A stretch of DNA of 64,000 nucleotides from an uncultured virus (IMG/VR IMGVR_UViG_3300025849_000024) (IMGVR_UViG_3300025849_000024); one strand, 5' to 3'. Counted from the stretch's first letter, positions 19,032 through 27,952 are shown. Numbers and translations are program-made. The notes: generated by a model not told the origin, from the letters alone.

Positions 19032-19056
19032 GATAAATAAATATTAAAGATTAAAA
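19026..19056 (-). promoter_or_regulatory. 31-bp leader/start region of MCP, identical to 15940-15970
   Basis: Exact match read from the sequence. Confidence 0.8.
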
Positions 19057-19071
19057 TTAAAAAATTTGCGT

Positions 19072-20199
19072 TTAGCCTAATAGCTTGTCTAAAGTTGGAA
19101 TATTAGGTCGACCATTGCTAGTCTTGTTATACCCTCCTTTATTGCCTTTCATTCTTCTAGAAGCTGTCGGTTTGCTTGATTTCAATTTAGATTTCAAACT
19201 TGCCGCTTGCTTTGTATTTACTTTGGCGCTTACTAATTTAGATATATCAAGTCCCTTATACATAAGGTATTCCATTGCTAGAATTGACTCTTGATCTAAT
19301 TTTTCTCTATCTATAAGTCTCTGGCTTCTTCCGTTGTTATCTACCGGCGTTGCCATCCAACTATAAAACTTCTTTTTGTCACTCTCAGGAATTGTAAAGT
19401 CTCTTAATCTACCTTTGTTAATTATAGATCCAATCTGACCCCAAGTTTCTTGAGTTTGTTTTGCAGTCTCCTGTGCCTGCTTTTGTTGTTCTTGTACTAA
19501 AGACTCTTTCTGTTTTATTTGATGTGCTGCTAATTTCTTAACAGCTCTTTCAGAGTTCTTTAATAAAAGACCTGCATCTTCATAATCTTGAATTGCTTCA
19601 GTTATTTCTTCTGCTTCAAAACCCTGCATCTGCATAAAACTTTCTACAACTTTACGTTGCATTCCTTTGTCTTCTTTGTTTAAAGAAAGCTTTGCAAAAT
19701 CTATTTCTTTTGCTGCTACTTTAAAGAACTTGTCTGGATCACCTCCAGATACTCTGTAATTTAAATATTCCTGGATATCAGGAAACGACTGAAACACAGA
19801 TCTAAATTGCTCTTCAGCAATTTTTTCTGCCATAGCTTTAGTTAAACCGGCTATGCCATCGTAGTCATCTTCAAAATCTCCTTCTATTTCATATCCTAAT
19901 CTTTCTTTAAGAGTAGATATAATACTAGCTTCTGTTTCTTCTGCTTGTAATTCTGTTTCTAATGATGAATCTGCATCTTCTTGCAAACTATCATTAGGCT
20001 CTTCTGATTCTGTAGCATCTTCTTGAATATCTTCAGATGTTTCTTCTGTAGTTTCTTCAGATGTCTCTTCACTAGTAGGAGTTTCAGTTTCTACGGCTTC
20101 TGATGTTTCTTCTGTAGTTTCTGTACTTGGGATTTGCTGGTCGTCTAAAAGTTCGCTTACGCTAATCTTTGATAGATCTAAGTTGTCTTCTTTACTCAT
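19072..20199 (-). CDS. Putative scaffolding protein (crAss-like gene between portal and MCP)
   Basis: 375 aa; very acidic low-complexity N-terminus and helical/coiled-coil body; synteny. Confidence 0.65.
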   Translation of the reverse strand: MSKEDNLDLSKISVSELLDDQQIPSTETTEETSEAVETETPTSEETSEETTEETSEDIQEDATESEEPNDSLQEDADSSLETELQAEETEASIISTLKERLGYEIEGDFEDDYDGIAGLTKAMAEKIAEEQFRSVFQSFPDIQEYLNYRVSGGDPDKFFKVAAKEIDFAKLSLNKEDKGMQRKVVESFMQMQGFEAEEITEAIQDYEDAGLLLKNSERAVKKLAAHQIKQKESLVQEQQKQAQETAKQTQETWGQIGSIINKGRLRDFTIPESDKKKFYSWMATPVDNNGRSQRLIDREKLDQESILAMEYLMYKGLDISKLVSAKVNTKQAASLKSKLKSSKPTASRRMKGNKGGYNKTSNGRPNIPTLDKLLG

Positions 20200-20201
20200 G
20201 T

Positions 20202-20231
20202 CAAAATTAATTAAATTATACTAAATTTCAA
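20202..20231 (-). promoter_or_regulatory. Bacteroidota-type housekeeping promoter (TTG-19-TAnnTTTG)
   Basis: Minus strand TTG (20229-20231), 19-nt spacer, TAATTTTG (20202-20209) just before the ATG at 20199. Confidence 0.55.
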
Positions 20232-20274
20232 TATATAAAAACTAAACTTTTGTGTGTGTTTATATAGAGTCTTT

Positions 20275-22542
20275 TTATGTTGATTTCTTACTTAATGCCT
20301 TCTTCTGAAGGTCTAATTTCTTGTTTTCAAGGCGTTCTTTTGATTGCATTTCTCTTTCTTTTTGTGATAGTTTGTCTCTTTCGATTCTAACCCTTTCAAG
20401 ATCTACTGCATCATTTATGCCATTGTTATTCATATCTTGATCTACAGTTTTAGCTGCAATTTCAAGTTCTTTGACTTCAATTTTATTATCTCTGTCAAGT
20501 TGGTTTTGAGTAGCTTCAAATTCTTGAGCTGCTTGCGCGATTGCTTGTTGAGCTTGTAATTGCTCAGATTGCATTTGCTGTGCTTGTTGTTGTTGCGCTG
20601 CTTGTATTTTCTTTTCAGCAGCATCAACTTCATTTAGCTTTTCTTTTATTTGTGCAAAATTACTAGAGTCTAATATCTCTGCAATTGTTCCAGGTTGTGA
20701 TCCATTTTGTGCAAATGATAATGTAAGTTGTTTTAACTGTTGTATTTTATCATTTTCAATAGAATTGTTTTTAACAAACACACCATATTCTGCTTCTTGG
20801 AATAATTCAGCATCTATATCTAATATAGCCTCTCTGTAGTCTCCCGTAATGTATTGTGTCTTCTTTCCGTCTTTCCATGCAACTTTAGATGTATCAAGAA
20901 GCCCATTAAACTCTCTTTCTACATATTTATCGAAACGTCTAAACAATTCTTCTGTCATAACAGAGCTTTGGAAAACGGCTCTTTCTGTGGCTCCAATACC
21001 ATCAGATGCTTGCACTTGTCCTTTTCTCTGTCTAGATATACCAATGAGTTCTTCCCATTCTTGTTTAACAGACTGAAGCAATTGAAACTGAGCGGCTATG
21101 TATTGACCTAAACTCATGTCCAATACTTGGAATTGATTAAACGTAACAGCTTCCCCTCTTTTACCTTCTGCTGTAGAATCTATAAAAGCATATCCCATCG
21201 CGTCTGCGTAGTACATAAACTTTTCTTCGTCCCAACCATGTCTTTTAGGAATTGTATTCATTTCCATTAACATGATCTTGTCCTTATTCTTAGCAATAGA
21301 AAGCTCTAATCTATAGTGGAAGATATTATATAAAATTTGGTAAGGTACCCCCATCGAAACGACGGATATTTGATCTGAATGTCGATTTGAGTAGATACGA
21401 CCGTTATAAGGGAGCTTACAAACGGATAAGTTTGACATTTCGTTTCTTTGTACTTGATGGGGACGAATATTAACGAAAATGTCTCCGTCTATTCTATACC
21501 CTTCCCAAACTTGGTTAACCCAGTAGTATTCAATAGATTCTTCTTTATCTGAATCTAATTTATATTTCTCATCTACTATCATTTGTTGTTCTTGACCTAC
21601 TTCATCGTAGTAGGTTAGAATTCCTATTCTAGCAAATGATTTCCATGTTACATGTAGTACCTCAGCAAATCGCTCAGTATCCATAGATCTTGAATCTCTG
21701 TTAAACGGAGATAAAATCCCATTAAGTGTTTTACCACTAGGATTTTCTAGTCTATCTATTTCATCTGGTTTTAAAACGTCATAAAAAGAATCTACAATAG
21801 CATTAACACTCATCATCTTTCTTCTGATTGCCCAATCACCGTCTTCAATAAACTGAATGTCCGGAGATTTTTCGTAATCTAAATCTAATGGTGATACTAT
21901 TTCATATTCTACCTCATTCATACAAATGTCCTTATACGAATAGACTTCACCAGAAACTAACCAGTCAAAGAACCCCATTTGTAAATGATCCGGTAGTTCT
22001 AGTTTATCTATCATATAATCTAAAGCCTCTTGTCCCATAATAGCTCTTGCATCTTTGTAGTTAGTAAGAATTTCTTCTTTCAACTCTTCTAATGGCATTT
22101 GCTCTTGAGAAGGCTCTCCTGTATCCATACCCATTTGATTAAGTTCATTAATAAACTTTTGTTCTAGGTATTTCTTAAGCTCTTGTTGTAATAGTATTTG
22201 TTGATTATCCTTCATGTCAGAATTACGGATAACAACCTGATGAGCAAAAGGTCTTTTAGATTTTTCCCCTAATAATAAATCTACAACAGGTTTAATAATG
22301 TTGTAGCTTCGTAATTTAGCAGGGAATCCTTTTACTTTATGTTTTTCAGAATTGTACGGGTTTGTAACGTAGTTGTAATCTGCTTCAACTAAGTTTCCGT
22401 TATATGCGTCGTAGTAGTTATGCAATTGGGCTTTGTGCTGACTGGAAAAAGAGCTCCTGTCTATAAAAGCTTCAATTGTATTTTTCCCCCATTCTTTAGT
22501 CTTTCGACTACGAGGAATTTTTTGTTTCGGGATTCTACTCAT
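20275..22542 (-). CDS. Portal protein (crAss-like)
   Basis: 755 aa downstream of terminase; YNIIKPVVDLLLGE, WVNQVWEG, KLPYNG, LIGISRQRKGQ; Q-rich coiled coil and C-terminal DMNNNG. Confidence 0.9.
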   Translation of the reverse strand: MSRIPKQKIPRSRKTKEWGKNTIEAFIDRSSFSSQHKAQLHNYYDAYNGNLVEADYNYVTNPYNSEKHKVKGFPAKLRSYNIIKPVVDLLLGEKSKRPFAHQVVIRNSDMKDNQQILLQQELKKYLEQKFINELNQMGMDTGEPSQEQMPLEELKEEILTNYKDARAIMGQEALDYMIDKLELPDHLQMGFFDWLVSGEVYSYKDICMNEVEYEIVSPLDLDYEKSPDIQFIEDGDWAIRRKMMSVNAIVDSFYDVLKPDEIDRLENPSGKTLNGILSPFNRDSRSMDTERFAEVLHVTWKSFARIGILTYYDEVGQEQQMIVDEKYKLDSDKEESIEYYWVNQVWEGYRIDGDIFVNIRPHQVQRNEMSNLSVCKLPYNGRIYSNRHSDQISVVSMGVPYQILYNIFHYRLELSIAKNKDKIMLMEMNTIPKRHGWDEEKFMYYADAMGYAFIDSTAEGKRGEAVTFNQFQVLDMSLGQYIAAQFQLLQSVKQEWEELIGISRQRKGQVQASDGIGATERAVFQSSVMTEELFRRFDKYVEREFNGLLDTSKVAWKDGKKTQYITGDYREAILDIDAELFQEAEYGVFVKNNSIENDKIQQLKQLTLSFAQNGSQPGTIAEILDSSNFAQIKEKLNEVDAAEKKIQAAQQQQAQQMQSEQLQAQQAIAQAAQEFEATQNQLDRDNKIEVKELEIAAKTVDQDMNNNGINDAVDLERVRIERDKLSQKEREMQSKERLENKKLDLQKKALSKKST

Positions 22543-22549
22543 ATCTTTA

Positions 22550-22557
22550 CAAAACTA
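22550..22557 (-). promoter_or_regulatory. TAnnTTTG (-7) element upstream of portal
   Basis: TAGTTTTG on the minus strand, overlapping the terminase stop codon; no clear -33 element. Confidence 0.4.
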
Positions 22558-24516
22558 CGTAAAAAATTTACGATTAAAAAAAGAATCTTCAGTTTGCTCC
22601 ATTTCTGCCTCGAACTCTTTATTATAGAGATCTTTCATATGAAACATTCCAACTAATAGAGCTGATACCCTATCAAAATTCCCTTTAGTATTATATTTAA
22701 TTAATTCATCTATAAGTGCAATATCATAGATATAATGCAGATTTAATTTTCTTTCTCCATTTTCTTGCTGTCCTCTTGGTGTTTTTAACCAATCTCTTAA
22801 ATATATTTCTGCTTGATTTTTTCTTTGCTTAGATCCCATAGACGTACCATAAGTTCTATTTAGTTTTTTTATTCTTATTCCAGAGGTTTTGTCAAATAAC
22901 TCAGCTTCTGGTAATAAATAATGTAAAAGCTTTTTACGTTTAGCATAAGGTATAACTTCTCCCCTATCATTTTCAAATCCTATACGTGCATTGTAATACT
23001 GAGCAAGTAAAAATAAGTTATAGTTATATTCATCTTGTGATTCAGGTCTACCTACGTATGAAGCTACAATCATATCATCTGGTTTAGACATATTGTTAAT
23101 TCTTTTCATAACATATGCAGAACCTAAAGAAGCACCGTAACCATCTGAACCATATGGATCATGTACTATAAAATACAAGTCATCCGGTATTGCTTCTTGT
23201 TTATATGCAGGTGATTGATAGACAACTACAGCACCTGTAGAGTCATCTGTTTTATTTAGTGGAAACTTTTCTATAGGTCTCACGCGCGGGTCAGGTCTAA
23301 ACTCTATTCCTTCTGGCGCTTCAACTAAAACTCCGGCTACTGCCATTTGTTTGTATAAACCTGTTCTCATTAACTGATTACGCCAATCTACAAGAGTGGC
23401 ACCAGGGAACATGTTACCTCTTTGTTGTAAAAAGGCTTCTTTGGGCATCCAAGGGTATTCCGTAATGTATCTATCTAAAGTAGAAGCGTCTTTAGCTTCT
23501 TTTTTTAACTGATCTCGTTTTGCTTCTTCTTCCTGCTTTGCTTGTTGGGACAAGGAGTTACCCTCTTTATCCATGTATCCTATTTTGTTTTGGTAAGACG
23601 GAAAGAAAAACCCACAGTTACTTCCCTGAGCACCTTCATCCCAAATATTATCAAATGGATATAGATCATAGGCTTCTGGATTGTAAAACATAGATTCAAA
23701 ATCTATTGTACCACCATCCATATCACCACCTGTCCCAAACAATACAATCTGTCCGGTAACTACACCACCGTCTTCAACACAAGGACGTGTTGCTAAATAA
23801 GAAGCTTTAAGATTGTCAAAGGCACCACATTCTTCAAAAATAACAAGACTTGCATCCTTACCCCTTGCGGCATCTGGGTTATCTTTAAATGTAATAGCCT
23901 CAACCTCAGACTTATATCCTTTCTCAACGCCTTGTTTATTAATATACTCTAAATAGCTTGCGCGTTTGTGGTTTATTTTATCAACTCCTTGACGGCGTTT
24001 TTGCCATCCAGTATGTTCGTTAAGAAAGTTCATGTAATCTGTAACCATGGTCATAATACCTTTTGGATACAAATACTTTTTATCGTGAGCACATAATAAC
24101 GTGTAAGAATTTTTTGTAGTGTTGTATATGTTTGCTGCTATGGCAGCGTTTTTGTAAGAAAATCCTTTACGCCGAGCTTTAGCAACAATGAGGTGCTTGC
24201 CTTCGGCAGCGGCTTTTTCCATAGCATGAAAATACTCATAATCACCATCCCAGAATCCAGGAAAAGAAACAGTTTTAAAGCCACCGGCTTTTTTACCTTG
24301 TACTGCTTCAGTTAGTTTTATTTGACAAAAGTTCATGTAAAAATAGTGATGTCCTGTAATTCTTACATCACCTACAGTAAATCCTTCTTTACATCTTCTT
24401 AATTGTTCATACCAATACTCGTAATATGGCGCACTACCTACAGGATCTCCACAATATAATCCATACTTTAGAAATTTTAGTCCTTCTCTTCTAAACTCAT
24501 TGGTGTTTACAAACAT
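22555..24516 (-). CDS. terL: Terminase large subunit
   Basis: 653 aa; Walker A KARRKGFS, Walker B VIFEE, coupling motif FGTGG, nuclease HDPY and NFDRVSA. Confidence 0.93.
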   Translation of the reverse strand: MFVNTNEFRREGLKFLKYGLYCGDPVGSAPYYEYWYEQLRRCKEGFTVGDVRITGHHYFYMNFCQIKLTEAVQGKKAGGFKTVSFPGFWDGDYEYFHAMEKAAAEGKHLIVAKARRKGFSYKNAAIAANIYNTTKNSYTLLCAHDKKYLYPKGIMTMVTDYMNFLNEHTGWQKRRQGVDKINHKRASYLEYINKQGVEKGYKSEVEAITFKDNPDAARGKDASLVIFEECGAFDNLKASYLATRPCVEDGGVVTGQIVLFGTGGDMDGGTIDFESMFYNPEAYDLYPFDNIWDEGAQGSNCGFFFPSYQNKIGYMDKEGNSLSQQAKQEEEAKRDQLKKEAKDASTLDRYITEYPWMPKEAFLQQRGNMFPGATLVDWRNQLMRTGLYKQMAVAGVLVEAPEGIEFRPDPRVRPIEKFPLNKTDDSTGAVVVYQSPAYKQEAIPDDLYFIVHDPYGSDGYGASLGSAYVMKRINNMSKPDDMIVASYVGRPESQDEYNYNLFLLAQYYNARIGFENDRGEVIPYAKRKKLLHYLLPEAELFDKTSGIRIKKLNRTYGTSMGSKQRKNQAEIYLRDWLKTPRGQQENGERKLNLHYIYDIALIDELIKYNTKGNFDRVSALLVGMFHMKDLYNKEFEAEMEQTEDSFFNRKFFT

Positions 24517-24517
24517 T

Positions 24518-24919
24518 CTATTTTTTTGTAGTTTCTCTTTTTTGTTGCGTATAATCTTTTCTATCTATTTCATGTTTACCGTCTTTTACAGTAGATACTA
24601 ATAGATAAAAACTTTCCCCATGCTCATACTGATAATGACAATATTCTTTTAACCCCTTGAGATCAGATTCATTTTCTATTGTGCCGCTAAAGTTTTTACC
24701 TTCATTATCTGGATACATAAAATGAGCTGCGCCATAAGGAGCATGCTCTTTTTCTTCTATGTTAGGCATAACTTTGTATATAATTGTCGTCGCGCCACAG
24801 GCGGGACAAAATTTTTCTAGTAATACATTGCCTTCATTTATCTCAGTAATGTTGAGGTTACTTTGCTCACATTTACATAGTTGATCTGAATTTGCAGTTA
24901 GTTGAATATCTTCTTTCAT
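24518..24919 (-). CDS. Hypothetical protein with possible Zn-ribbon
   Basis: 133 aa; CKC...CPAC. Confidence 0.6.
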   Translation of the reverse strand: MKEDIQLTANSDQLCKCEQSNLNITEINEGNVLLEKFCPACGATTIIYKVMPNIEEKEHAPYGAAHFMYPDNEGKNFSGTIENESDLKGLKEYCHYQYEHGESFYLLVSTVKDGKHEIDRKDYTQQKRETTKK

Positions 24920-24928
24920 TGTTTTATT

Positions 24929-25501
24929 TTAATCTTCAAACAAACCTTTAGTCCCTCCTCCTCGAATTTTAGATTCGTTAGCTTGTTCCTTTTTAACTTT
25001 TTCTTCTAGAGAGTTTATAGTGTCAATTGCTTTTGGTAGTTGTTCTGAAACTTCTAGTAGCCTTTTAACATCTCTCATAATAGATCCTACGTCTTTTCCC
25101 TCTTCTCCATCTACAACACTTAATGCAATTTCTATTTGTTCGTTAAGAGCGCTTATAACTTTAGAGCTAGTAAGTAGTCCTTCTCGAATTGCCTTTAAGG
25201 CTGAGATCGTAGGTGTTCGCTGTAAGTTATTGTACTTGTCCATCCCTCTGACAATATCATTTGTGATAGGCTCATCTTTAGTAAAGTTGAGGTCTTCAAG
25301 CAATCTTCGCTTTCGTTCTGTTTCAGGATATATTGAATAGGGTGATCTGTAGTCGCACATGAAGTATATGAAGGATAAATACTTATAGGCAGTTCTTTTT
25401 TTTCTGTCTTTGTCATTTACTATTATTTTTTTAAACTCAGGTATTATCTTAGCCTCAGTCTCTATTACTACTTGGAAATTTTCTTCTTTGAAAAGTTTCA
25501 T
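24929..25501 (-). CDS. Conserved crAss-like protein upstream of terL (small terminase candidate)
   Basis: 190 aa helical protein; FIYFMCDYRSPY and C-terminal IRGGG; position only. Confidence 0.5.
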   Translation of the reverse strand: MKLFKEENFQVVIETEAKIIPEFKKIIVNDKDRKKRTAYKYLSFIYFMCDYRSPYSIYPETERKRRLLEDLNFTKDEPITNDIVRGMDKYNNLQRTPTISALKAIREGLLTSSKVISALNEQIEIALSVVDGEEGKDVGSIMRDVKRLLEVSEQLPKAIDTINSLEEKVKKEQANESKIRGGGTKGLFED

Positions 25502-25703
25502 GATTTAAATTTTTTACTCGATTAGGATTACAATGGAATAAACCGAAGTATGGAAGTCTAATACCCTCAAACTCTCCTTTACCCATTCTATACGCTACAT
25601 ATTCAAACTGAGATTCTATAATAGACTTCAGCTCTTTTGTAGTGCCTCCCATTTCTTCTTTGATTTCTTTTATAAGTTTTTCTTTTACTTTGTTCTGTGC
25701 CAT
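25455..25703 (-). CDS. IHF/HU-like DNA-binding protein
   Basis: 82 aa; two helices followed by IRLPYFGLF, matching the HU/IHF signature; crAss-like capsid modules carry such a gene. Confidence 0.7.
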   Translation of the reverse strand: MAQNKVKEKLIKEIKEEMGGTTKELKSIIESQFEYVAYRMGKGEFEGIRLPYFGLFHCNPNRVKNLNHETFQRRKFPSSNRD

Positions 25704-25849
25704 TATCTAGAATTGTTATTCTTATGGAATTTATGAGAAAATTGTTTTTTCTTTCTTCTTGACAAGGCATATTCAATCTCTTGCTCAAGCTGAACATCAT
25801 TAACATAAGAAAAATCTTCTTTTTTAATTCTTTTTTTAGTCTTTGCCAT
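25703..25849 (-). CDS. Small basic hypothetical protein (48 aa; below the ORF-track cutoff)
   Basis: MAKTKKRIKKEDFSYVNDVQLEQEIEYALSRRKKKQFSHKFHKNNNSR; fills the gap, and its stop overlaps the next ATG (TAATG). Confidence 0.6.
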   Translation of the reverse strand: MAKTKKRIKKEDFSYVNDVQLEQEIEYALSRRKKKQFSHKFHKNNNSR

Positions 25850-26030
25850 TTTCTTTGTACTTAATGTAATACCTTATAGACCATTCGTCAGTGCTATCAA
25901 GAACTGCATATATGTCGTAGTCAAAATCAATACCAAGCTTAGTAAGCTCCACTTCTTGGATTTCGATAAATTTAAACACTGCTTCAAGTGTGCTAATCGC
26001 AACTTCAATAAAGTATTCATTATTCTGCAT
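25836..26030 (-). CDS. Hypothetical protein
   Basis: 64 aa; overlaps both neighbours in operon-like packing. Confidence 0.55.
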   Translation of the reverse strand: MQNNEYFIEVAISTLEAVFKFIEIQEVELTKLGIDFDYDIYAVLDSTDEWSIRYYIKYKENGKD

Positions 26031-26373
26031 GTATTTTAAATTCTAGACTAAGAATATAACTAACTAAAGTTGTATCTCCTTCGGGGATTTTATAAACTAG
26101 TGGATGAAAAGAATAATTTCTAGTTTCTTTGTCGTACAGTAAAACATTTTTATCTTTTAAAGATTTGATAGTATTATTTAGCACAGCTCTACTCCATCCC
26201 AATTCAGATGCTGCTTTTATACGATTGTTTTTTGTACAGGGTTTGTCTTTATCTATAGAAAACAAAATGTATACTACGTTTAACTCTGTAGGAGTTAGTT
26301 TTAGTATTCCATTAATAACTGATAAATAGTCTTTTCCTATCTTCTGCCTAGTTGTTGGTATCTGTATTTTCAT
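26020..26373 (-). CDS. Winged-helix DNA-binding protein
   Basis: 117 aa; LTPTELNV...AASELGWSRAVLNNTIKSLKDKNVL...YSFHP. Confidence 0.65.
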   Translation of the reverse strand: MKIQIPTTRQKIGKDYLSVINGILKLTPTELNVVYILFSIDKDKPCTKNNRIKAASELGWSRAVLNNTIKSLKDKNVLLYDKETRNYSFHPLVYKIPEGDTTLVSYILSLEFKIHAE

Positions 26374-26647
26374 TGTACTTAATTACTTTTTCTATTTTTC
26401 TTGATAGCCTTTTTGCCATCAATTGTCTAACGTTCTTTAACAAAAGAATGATACATTGATTTTCTGCGCTGAAGTTCTTTTTTTGTAATGTGTAGAAACG
26501 ATCAATAAGAATATTTATTACCTCTTCATTTGTAGTTCCTTCTTGGAAAGCTCCTGCTAGTTTCTCTGTAAATTTTATAGTTTGGAATCTTTCGTTATCT
26601 GCAAAATCAGTAACTTGGTATTCGACTCCTGGTTTAATTATTTTCAT
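26348..26647 (-). CDS. Acb2/Tad1-like signalling-nucleotide sponge (divergent)
   Basis: 99 aa; PG.EY...QTIKF...GTTNEEVINILIDR...FSAEN resembles the Acb2/Tad1 helical hairpin family as I recall it. Confidence 0.6.
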   Translation of the reverse strand: MKIIKPGVEYQVTDFADNERFQTIKFTEKLAGAFQEGTTNEEVINILIDRFYTLQKKNFSAENQCIILLLKNVRQLMAKRLSRKIEKVIKYNENTDTNN

Positions 26648-26712
26648 TGGTTTCTTTTTTTTCGTAAATGGCTCAGTTTACAATATATAAATAATGTAAA
26701 CGTCTATATTTA

Positions 26713-26742
26713 CAAATATATCAATAAATGGTATAAAACAAA
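26713..26742 (-). promoter_or_regulatory. Bacteroidota-type promoter upstream of the Acb2/Tad1-like gene
   Basis: Minus strand TTTG (26739-26742), 18-nt spacer, TATATTTG (26713-26720). Confidence 0.55.
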
Positions 26743-26765
26743 AGACTAAAACATAGGCACGTGTA

Positions 26766-27056
26766 TTATAGAGATTTTTTGTTACTCTCCTCCATTTTCA
26801 TCTGTGATACTTTTTCTACTAGGCTGCCTGGCGTGTTTTTCATAATAGAAACCCAAAACTCTGGATCCAAGTTGTAAATAATTTTGCTCATTTCAACCCA
26901 GCCTTCTTCTGTAGCCTCTTTTGTTTTTAAATCTAATTTAGTTCCAGTACCTAAGTTTGCCCAGTTAGTTGCATTTTTTTCTAGAACTTTGTCTATTGCT
27001 TTTCTAACTTTTTTATTTGTCATGTATGGTGACAGATTTACTCCTTTTTTTTTCAT
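26766..27056 (-). CDS. Hypothetical protein
   Basis: 96 aa; ATGA overlap with the upstream gene. Confidence 0.65.
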   Translation of the reverse strand: MKKKGVNLSPYMTNKKVRKAIDKVLEKNATNWANLGTGTKLDLKTKEATEEGWVEMSKIIYNLDPEFWVSIMKNTPGSLVEKVSQMKMEESNKKSL

Positions 27057-27505
27057 TGTTTAAATTTTAATAAGTCCTCACGAACTAGATTTTCTATTAA
27101 TTGTATTCGTTCTTTGTTTTCGTTTTTAGAATAGTAAACAGGATTAACTATGTAAGTACCGCGTTTATCTCCTTTTAAAAGTAAGTTCTTATTTACCAGA
27201 GCATAAAACGCCCTTTTTATAGTGGCATCTTGATAGATAGTTTTAAACCCACTGACATTGTAGATGATTTCTTTAAAGCTGTCTCTTACCTTTGCATTGC
27301 TAAAGACAATGTTGTTGGAATCCATTCTCTCACATAAGTAGTCGAGGAGATCTCTAGGGCAAGCAGCTAAACCAGCTAGTGCGTACATACTTCCATGATA
27401 TCTTCGTGTGCTCCTGCAGGGAATGCTTTTATATTTGTAGATAGGAACGGTAATACCATCCTCGTGCTTTATTCCTGTCATATACTTTATTTTATAATTC
27501 TTCAT
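27053..27505 (-). CDS. RepL-like winged-helix protein
   Basis: 150 aa; LLDYLCERMDSNNIV...TIKRAFYALVNKNLL...RGTYIVNPVYY is a RepL-like pattern. Confidence 0.7.
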   Translation of the reverse strand: MKNYKIKYMTGIKHEDGITVPIYKYKSIPCRSTRRYHGSMYALAGLAACPRDLLDYLCERMDSNNIVFSNAKVRDSFKEIIYNVSGFKTIYQDATIKRAFYALVNKNLLLKGDKRGTYIVNPVYYSKNENKERIQLIENLVREDLLKFKQ

Positions 27506-27655
27506 TTACTCTTCTATGATCACTAACCCTTTAAGTTCGCCAGTACATGAATAAACTATTTCTATATCTACATGAACCTTAGCGTGCTTTTGCTCAAATA
27601 CTGCTTTTATGTGTCCTGCTGATGCACTTACGTTAAGTAGTGACCAATCCTCCAT
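27506..27655 (-). CDS. Small hypothetical protein (49 aa; below cutoff)
   Basis: MEDWSLLNVSASAGHIKAVFEQKHAKVHVDIEIVYSCTGELKGLVIIEE; abuts the RepL-like start and follows a TATTTTTG element (27660-27667). Confidence 0.55.
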   Translation of the reverse strand: MEDWSLLNVSASAGHIKAVFEQKHAKVHVDIEIVYSCTGELKGLVIIEE

Positions 27656-27728
27656 GTATCAAAAATAGTAAAAATTTTTCTTGCAGATGTCATTTGTGTT
27701 TGTTATATTCTGAGTTGTTCATAAGTTA

Positions 27729-27782
27729 GGTACACCTCAGTCACCTTTAAGGTACATCCCAGTCACCTTTAAATCACCTTAA
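27729..27782. repeat. Tandem 22-bp iteron-like direct repeats (2 copies plus a partial)
   Basis: GGTACACCTCAGTCACCTTTAA (27729-27750), GGTACATCCCAGTCACCTTTAA (27751-27772), ATCACCTTAA (27773-27782). Confidence 0.85.
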
Positions 27783-27880
27783 CATACTATTTATTAGCGC
27801 ATTAACCTCTTTTCTATTATCATTATATAGTTATTTATGTGCGTTATAATAATTATGTTTATTATATTTATACTCTTCTT

Positions 27881-27952
27881 GGCTCTATAGTTAAACGGAT
27901 ATAACAAAACTCTTCTAAAGTTTAGTTCTAGGTTCGATTCCTAGTGGGGCTA
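27881..27952 (+). tRNA. tRNA-Arg(TCT)
   Basis: Cloverleaf: acceptor GGCTCTA/TGGGGCT, D arm GTTA/TAAC, anticodon arm AAACT-CTTCTAA-AGTTT, T arm CTAGG-TTCGATT-CCTAG; CCA not encoded. Confidence 0.9.

Noticed and set aside
25603..25806. 67-aa ORF from the track
   Set aside because: It overlaps the IHF-like gene; the 25703-25849 frame fits the gap with coupled start and stop.
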